A stretch of 40,651 bases of DNA from positions 1-40,651 of the forward strand of contig CALXJH010000221.1 in NCBI GenBank assembly GCA_944388555.1. The letters are read 5' to 3'. Below are positions 35,179 to 40,651 of the stretch, one piece after another. This stretch comes from an uncultured Clostridia bacterium (lineage in GTDB: Bacteria > Bacillota > Clostridia > RGIG6154). A program made the translations under genes and the position numbers. Under the pieces are notes generated by a model, which was not told the origin of the DNA, did no database searches, and saw only the letters and a program-made list of their open reading frames with translations. Positions within the stretch are counted from its first letter, which is position 1. Every line of letters starts with the position of its first letter.

Positions 35179-35937
35179 TTACTTTCCTTTCCTATATTTT
35201 AGGGGTGTTGTTCCTGTAATGTCAGTAAAGACTTTTCTAAAATGGTTTTCAGAATTAAAACCCACCAAGCGACTTATGGTAGCAACAGAGTAGTTTTGTT
35301 TTTCCAAATATTCCATAGCAACATTGATTTTGATGAAATTCTGAAATCGAATTGGTGTTTGCCCTAATTCTTTCTGAAACAAATGGTAAAGAGTAGACTC
35401 ACTAACGCAACACTTTCTTGCTATATCCCCAATAGAAAAATTATTATTCCAGTTGTCAGTAATAAATTCAATAGCTGTTTGCAAGGTTTTATCATATGAA
35501 TTTTTGGATTGCACCATTTGAGGAAGCACTTTTTGCAACAGTTTATAAAACAACGAATAGGCTTCCAATTCTTTAATATAGTCGATTGACAATAGATTGG
35601 CTATTTTAATTAGATCATTCTTGATTTCTTGATTGCAATAAATAATTTGAGGTTCATATCTAAATTGCTCATAGTGCATAAAACAACTCACATAAATCAC
35701 TTCAATTTCAGGATTGCCGTGCCACTCAGAATAACAATAAATATTCTCCGGAATAAATACGATGTCCCCCTGGTTTACATTGAGCTTTTTATTCAAATAG
35801 ATATAGGTTCCGCTACCTTTTATTATAACGCCAACTCGAGTTTTTCTTCGATTGCTGTTCCCGCGGCAAAAATGATAAGTATTAAAGATATGCTTTGATG
35901 TGGAAAGCTCCGAAACATAGATTTTTCCGCCCTGCAT
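35179..35937 (-). CDS. AraC family transcriptional regulator (cupin sensor plus HTH)
   Basis: C-terminal dual HTH (FSIGDIARKCCVSESTLYHLFQKELGQTP...ISRLVGFNSENHFRKVFTDITGTTPLKYRK). ATG 35937 has GGAGGTG 9 nt upstream; the track ORF starts at GTG 35955. Confidence 0.88.
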   Translation of the reverse strand: MQGGKIYVSELSTSKHIFNTYHFCRGNSNRRKTRVGVIIKGSGTYIYLNKKLNVNQGDIVFIPENIYCYSEWHGNPEIEVIYVSCFMHYEQFRYEPQIIYCNQEIKNDLIKIANLLSIDYIKELEAYSLFYKLLQKVLPQMVQSKNSYDKTLQTAIEFITDNWNNNFSIGDIARKCCVSESTLYHLFQKELGQTPIRFQNFIKINVAMEYLEKQNYSVATISRLVGFNSENHFRKVFTDITGTTPLKYRKGK

Positions 35938-36049
35938 CTTTTCATACACCTCCACAACGCATTGCAGAATAGTTACTTTTTTTACAGTATAACATATTGA
36001 ACGGCCTTTTGCAAGATGATATAATAAAATAAATATAGGGAGGCTAGCT

Positions 36050-36746
36050 ATGGAATTTCATAATAAAACCGTAATAATTACAGGCGCATCTATCGGAATT
36101 GGCAAGGCAACTGCCATCGAATTTGCAAGAATTGTTGATATCAATGCCGAAGGACTGAGGAAATCAATTTAATGGGTGCAAATATAACACCATACATTTG
36201 CGATGTGCGCGATGAACAAAGAGTTCACGAGGGGGTAATTCAGGAAATTATTAACCGATATGGCAACATGGATATTTTGCTTAATAAGGCAGGATTTTGG
36301 AGAATGTGGAAGCCGTTTGTAGAAACAACCAGCGACGAATGGAAAAAGCGATTAAATGTAAATGGCTTGGTGCTGTTGTATTTTACCCATGCGGTTCTTC
36401 CCAATATGATAGAAAACGCTTACGGAAGAATTATCAACATTGGCTCTGTTGCGGGTGTATACGGCATTGCGAATATGGCTGATTACTCAATGGCTCAAGG
36501 TGCAGTAAGCCTATTTACAAAAGTACGCGCAAAAGAGGTGGTTTTCTAAGGTATTATGGTAAACAATGCTGTTCCGGGAAGTGTCAGAAACGAAGGGCAA
36601 AAGTTGAAACAGATTTGTGTTATATGGGAAGAAATGGAGAATTGGAAAAATATGCGTACTTGATTTGATTTTTAGCAAGCGATAAAACTGCCTATATAGC
36701 AGGTCAGGATTATCAAATTGATGGCTGCAAAAAAATTAAAAGATAA
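36050..36746 (+). pseudogene. Decayed classical SDR oxidoreductase
   Basis: GGGAGG RBS, MEFHNKTVIITGASIGIGKAT. The beta2 segment is deleted (FAR-IVDIN). Frame break at 36170. In-frame TAA 36547-36549. A second -1 break lies before 36621. In-frame TGA 36666-36668 inside LI*FLASD. YxxxK is degraded to YSMAQ. It ends AGQDYQIDGCKKIKR-stop. Confidence 0.8.
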
Positions 36747-36777
36747 CCCATACAATCATGAAAAGGAGAAAATACAG

Positions 36778-37542
36778 ATGGAATTTCAAGGTAAAACAGC
36801 GATATCAACGGGTGCAGCATCCGGCATGGGCTTGCTCTTTGCGCAAAATTGGGCAGATCTTGGTGGAAACGTCGTTATGTGCGATGTTAATGAAGAAGCG
36901 CTCAAAACATTTGCTGAGGAGATAAACAGTAAGAAGAAAGGCAAAGCGATAGGTGTTGCCTGCGACGTAAGAGACTACTTTCAGGTGTGCGCTGCGCGGG
37001 ACAGGGCGGTTAAAATTTTCGGAAGTATTGACATAATGTGTAATTTTGCGGGTGGAACTGCAGTCCGTATGCAGAAAGTAGACCATACGCAGTACCCCGA
37101 ATTTCCTGATGTGCCCATTGATGTTTACGACTGGGGCATTGATGTAAATTTGAAAGGCCCTTTCTATTTTGCACACGCTGTACTGAAACAAATGAGAGAA
37201 CAAAAAAGTGGGCTTATTATCAACATCGGCTCAATCACCGGACAGGAAGGTGACGGATACGGAATGGATTATCCGACATCAAAAGCGGGTCTTATGTTTG
37301 GACTTACAAAATCCATCGCACAATACGGCTCGAAATATGGCATCCGATGCGTATGCGTTTCGCCCGGACCTGTTCTAACCCGTGCAGCTATGGCGAACAT
37401 GAAAACGCTTCTGGGCAGAGCTGCAGAGCCGCAGGAGATCATAGATCTAATTCTATTTATTGCATCAGATAAGGGACAATCCATTAACGGAGAAAATATT
37501 ATGATCGATGGTGGCAGAAATGCTGCGGGGAGGCGGTGCTGA
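36778..37542 (+). CDS. SDR family oxidoreductase (intact)
   Basis: AAGGAG-type RBS and ATG 36778 (MEFQGKTAISTGAASGMG). Catalytic YPTSKAG. C-terminal SINGENIMIDGG. Confidence 0.85.
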   Translation: MEFQGKTAISTGAASGMGLLFAQNWADLGGNVVMCDVNEEALKTFAEEINSKKKGKAIGVACDVRDYFQVCAARDRAVKIFGSIDIMCNFAGGTAVRMQKVDHTQYPEFPDVPIDVYDWGIDVNLKGPFYFAHAVLKQMREQKSGLIINIGSITGQEGDGYGMDYPTSKAGLMFGLTKSIAQYGSKYGIRCVCVSPGPVLTRAAMANMKTLLGRAAEPQEIIDLILFIASDKGQSINGENIMIDGGRNAAGRRC

Positions 37543-37544
37543 AA

Positions 37545-38339
37545 ATGAAGCCGACATTTTTAAATCAAAACAGACCGTTAATTACAGGGATGATACTGAA
37601 GGACAATCCAGATAGGATAAAATTTGCTGTTAAAAATTCCATCTATGACGGTGCGGATTGCCTTGGTATACAGCTTGAATGTCTAAAAAAAGAATACAAA
37701 ACCGAGGAAAATTACAAAAAGATATTTGCTGCTTGCGCTGGACATCCTGTATATATCACCAATTACAGAGGAAACGAGAACGATGGTTTCTCTGATGAAA
37801 AACTTGCCGACGAACTTGTTAAGGCATTAGCGTGCGGAGCTACACTGGGTGATGTGCCTGCAAGCCTTTTTGACAGCGAAAGCGGTATGGGAATTGGGTT
37901 TGAGCTTTCTATGAAGCAGGACGCCATAGACTGTCAAATGCGGTTGATATATAAGCTTCACAGTATGGACAAAGAGGTGTTAATGTCATCTCACGTTCTC
38001 AAATTTACACCCGCTGAAACGGTCCTGGAGATTGCCTATGAGCAGAAAAAGCGGGGTGCGGATATCATAAAAATAGTGACTGCCGCCAACTCCGACGAGG
38101 AGCAAATGGAAAATTTGAGAATTACGACACTTTTAAAAAAAGAATTAGATATTCCGTTCCTATTTTTGTCGGGGGGCACACATTCTAAAATCCATAGAAT
38201 GATTGGGCCTCAGCTTGGCTGTATTTCTTATCTTGCAGTGAGAGAGCATGATGAGCGAGCCGTGCCGACTCAGCCTACAATCAAGGCAGCAAAGGCAGTG
38301 AGAGATAATTTAGATTATTTACCGGATATTGTTGAGTAA
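37545..38339 (+). CDS. Type I 3-dehydroquinate dehydratase-like protein (divergent AroD family)
   Basis: SSHVLKFTP (His codon 37992-37994) and ADIIKIVTAANS (Lys codon 38070-38072) match the catalytic His/Lys contexts of type I DHQase. GGGGAGG lies 11 nt before ATG 37545. GTG 37536 is an alternative start. Confidence 0.6.
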   Translation: MKPTFLNQNRPLITGMILKDNPDRIKFAVKNSIYDGADCLGIQLECLKKEYKTEENYKKIFAACAGHPVYITNYRGNENDGFSDEKLADELVKALACGATLGDVPASLFDSESGMGIGFELSMKQDAIDCQMRLIYKLHSMDKEVLMSSHVLKFTPAETVLEIAYEQKKRGADIIKIVTAANSDEEQMENLRITTLLKKELDIPFLFLSGGTHSKIHRMIGPQLGCISYLAVREHDERAVPTQPTIKAAKAVRDNLDYLPDIVE

Positions 38340-38352
38340 GGAGAATTGCGGT

Positions 38353-39351
38353 ATGAAAAAGATAAAAGTTGCGCAGATTGGTACGAGTAAAAACAGTCAC
38401 GGGAACCCAATATGGCAAAGTCTTTTAAAACAGTCAGATATTTTTGAAGTTGTGGGATATGCATTTCCTGAAAATGAAAGAGAAAAATTTCCGGATTGCG
38501 CGAAGGCGTTTGATGGTTACAATGAAATGACTGTTGATGAAATATTAAACAATCCTGAAATTGAAGCGGTCGTAGTTGAAACGGAGGAAATACATCTTAC
38601 AAAATATGCCCTTATGGTTGCAAATGCGGGTAAGCATCTGCATATGGAAAAACCCGGTGGTGTTGACTTTGCCGACTTTAAAAAACTTGTTGAAATATTA
38701 AAATCTAAAAATCTAACTTTTTCGACAGGATATATGTATCGTTTCAATCCGAAAATTCAAGAAGCGCTTTTAAAAGTAAAAAACGGTGAGCTTGGTGAAA
38801 TATATTCGGTTGAAGCGCATATGGATTGCAAGCATTCTGCTGAGGTCAGACAATGGCTTGACAATTTTCCCGGTGGAATGATGTTCTTCTTGGGATGTCA
38901 TTTAATTGATTTAATTTATCAAATTCAGGGGGAACCGGAAGAAATCATTCCTCTAAATTGTTCGACCGGATACGACGGGGTTACAGCCAACGATTACGGA
39001 ATGGTCATATTTAAATACAAAAATGGCGTATCTTTTGCCAAAACCTGTGCCAATGAAAACGGCGGTTTTTTAAGAAGACAGCTTGTCATATGCGGTGCAA
39101 AAGGTACCATTGAAATCAAACCATTGGAGGTTTCGGCGGAGGGCGGACTATATACCGTTGTGAATGAAAATTATAATACAGACTGGTACAAGGAGGGTAC
39201 TGTTACCCAAAGCGAAATTTATGACCGTTATGATGCCATGGTAAAAAATTTTGCGGATATTGTAAGAGGGAAAAAAGAAAACTCGTATTCCTATGACTAC
39301 GAATTAAATCTGTATAGGCTGATTCAAAAAGCATGCGGAGGTTGCAACTGA
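38353..39351 (+). CDS. Gfo/Idh/MocA family oxidoreductase
   Basis: AAGGAG RBS. KVAQIGTSKNSHG Rossmann start and the HMEKPG family motif. Confidence 0.85.
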   Translation: MKKIKVAQIGTSKNSHGNPIWQSLLKQSDIFEVVGYAFPENEREKFPDCAKAFDGYNEMTVDEILNNPEIEAVVVETEEIHLTKYALMVANAGKHLHMEKPGGVDFADFKKLVEILKSKNLTFSTGYMYRFNPKIQEALLKVKNGELGEIYSVEAHMDCKHSAEVRQWLDNFPGGMMFFLGCHLIDLIYQIQGEPEEIIPLNCSTGYDGVTANDYGMVIFKYKNGVSFAKTCANENGGFLRRQLVICGAKGTIEIKPLEVSAEGGLYTVVNENYNTDWYKEGTVTQSEIYDRYDAMVKNFADIVRGKKENSYSYDYELNLYRLIQKACGGCN

Positions 39352-39352
39352 C

Positions 39353-40369
39353 ATGAAAACCAAACAAATTATATTCACAAAACCTTGTGTTGCAGAGCTT
39401 TTGGATGTCGAATGCCTTCCGCCAAAGGAACACGAGGTAACGGTAAGCTTGGAGTATTCTGCAATCAGCTCCGGAACAGAAAAAGCCAACTTTATTGGAT
39501 TAAGAAACGGGACGAATGTTGCAGAAGATGAAAAAGCTGTTTTTCCTAGAACAGTTGGTTACAGTGCGGCAGGCATTGTGTCCGAAGTAGGCAGTGACAT
39601 AACCGATATTAAAATCGGCGACAAAGTCGTGGTATATTGGGGAAAGCATAAAAAGGACATAACTGTAAACAGAAATAATGTTGTCAAAATTCCCGATGGG
39701 GTTTCCATTAAAGAAGCATCTATGGCGTTGATTTCCACGTTCCCTCTCGCAGCAATCAGAAAAACGAAGCTCGAAATCGGCGAATCCACAATGGTAATGG
39801 GGCTGGGTATCCTCGGAATATTTGCTGTTCAGGAATTAAAAGCGGCGGGAGCGTATCCCATAATTGCCGCTGACCCGGTCAAACAACGCCGTGACTTTGC
39901 TTTGAAAATGGGTGCAGACTATGCGTTAGACCCCATGGACGATAAGTTTGTTAAAGATGTGATAACACTGAGTGACGGCGGAGTAAATGTCTGTATCGAG
40001 GTCACGGGGCTTGGAATCGGGCTGATTCAAGCACTTGATTGTATGCAGAAAATGGGCAGAGTTGCCCTTTTGGGGTGTACACGAAACTCGCATTTTGAAA
40101 TAGATTATTACGCTAAGGTCCACGGCAGAGGAATATCGCTCATCGGTGCACACACAATGGCACGCCCCAAGATAGAATCATCGGCGGGGCAATGGACGGA
40201 TGCAGATGATTTGAAAGCAATTATGAACCTGATCAAAGGAAAACGCTTGAATTTCAAGGATATGATTTGCGAAATTCACGCGCCAACCCAAGCAAATGAG
40301 GTATTTAACAGATTGGCAAATGAAAATGATTTTCCTATAGGGGTGCTGTTTGATTGGAGGAATCTATAA
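39353..40369 (+). CDS. Medium-chain dehydrogenase/reductase (alcohol dehydrogenase superfamily) lacking the canonical catalytic Zn ligands
   Basis: GroES-like N-domain and GLGILG Rossmann motif. The position of the usual GHE motif reads GYSAAG. Confidence 0.8.
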   Translation: MKTKQIIFTKPCVAELLDVECLPPKEHEVTVSLEYSAISSGTEKANFIGLRNGTNVAEDEKAVFPRTVGYSAAGIVSEVGSDITDIKIGDKVVVYWGKHKKDITVNRNNVVKIPDGVSIKEASMALISTFPLAAIRKTKLEIGESTMVMGLGILGIFAVQELKAAGAYPIIAADPVKQRRDFALKMGADYALDPMDDKFVKDVITLSDGGVNVCIEVTGLGIGLIQALDCMQKMGRVALLGCTRNSHFEIDYYAKVHGRGISLIGAHTMARPKIESSAGQWTDADDLKAIMNLIKGKRLNFKDMICEIHAPTQANEVFNRLANENDFPIGVLFDWRNL

Positions 40370-40542
40370 AGAAAAAAGTGTTTTTAATTGCCGAAGGCGG
40401 AACGTTAGGTACATATGTGACAGAAGGGCTTTTGAGGCTTGAAGACGACGTTGCTATTATTTGTCTTGCGGACAAACAATCTAATCATGAAAACTTAAAA
40501 TATTATAAAGCAAATGCAAGTTTAGATTTTTTAAGGAATTGA
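40354..40542 (+). CDS. N-terminal fragment of a Rossmann-fold NAD(P)-binding protein (epimerase/NmrA-like), frame-broken
   Basis: KKVFLIAEGGTLGTYVTEGLL glycine-rich start. It stops at 40540, but the -1 frame continues KELIWKNHYNGIVNFIHY... to 40622. A T6 run at 40527-40532 is the likely break. The window ends soon after. Confidence 0.45.
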   Translation: MEESIKKKVFLIAEGGTLGTYVTEGLLRLEDDVAIICLADKQSNHENLKYYKANASLDFLRN

Positions 40543-40651
40543 TTTGGAAAAATCATTATAACGGTATTGTGAATTTCATTCACTATCGAAATTATCAGGA
40601 CTATATACTTTACCATGAATGATTGTCGCAAAGCACAGAGCACTTGATTTT

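Noticed and set aside
1-40651. I searched by eye for tRNA or rRNA genes, CRISPR arrays, transposases or integrases, IS inverted repeats and riboswitch-like leaders.
   Set aside because: I found no T-loop-like GGTTCGAAT contexts, no spaced direct-repeat arrays, and no DDE or tyrosine-recombinase-like ORFs. Absence is judged by eye only, so a covariance-model scan (Infernal/tRNAscan) would be decisive.

Overview
This is a low-GC, Firmicutes/Clostridia-like chromosomal window; the taxon is inferred from SD-type RBSs, lipoboxes, copper-amine-oxidase-N 'stalk' domains and gene content. I found no tRNA, rRNA, CRISPR array or transposase. Bases 1-23150 form a Gram-positive polysaccharide-utilisation-like locus. 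It holds two giant secreted multidomain enzymes (1809 aa, and about 1400 aa with a frame break) that share an unassigned ~135-aa module. It also holds a MATE exporter, an LplABC-type sugar ABC importer, a Gfo/Idh/MocA oxidoreductase, UxuA, an SDR-type mannonate oxidoreductase, and a lipoprotein-MBOAT-DHHW O-acylation module. Bases 23200-25900 carry housekeeping-type genes: a TIGR04076-like protein, a CobB-type sirtuin, an ArsC-family protein and a YgjP-like metalloprotease. Bases 26040-35080 are the most unusual part. One apparent operon has a small 55-aa ORF, an 82-aa AT-rich ORF (possibly PqqD/RRE-like) and two pairs of ABC exporter half-transporters. Between the pairs sits a gene fusing a nucleotidyltransferase (PF14907-like) to an HPr-kinase-like P-loop domain. 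No recognisable core RiPP enzyme is present. I propose it is an undescribed peptide tailoring and export system, possibly partly decayed. Bases 35180-40651 hold an AraC regulator divergent from a dehydrogenase-rich operon: a decayed SDR, an SDR, a type I dehydroquinase-like protein, a Gfo/Idh/MocA protein, a Zn-ligand-less MDR and a Rossmann fragment. Several genes carry frame breaks that all run in the -1 direction at or near homopolymers. Two genes carry in-frame stops: the ABC half-transporter at 28298-30037 (TGA) and the SDR pseudogene at 36050-36746 (TAA and TGA). All family assignments come from motif reading and memory, not from searches.
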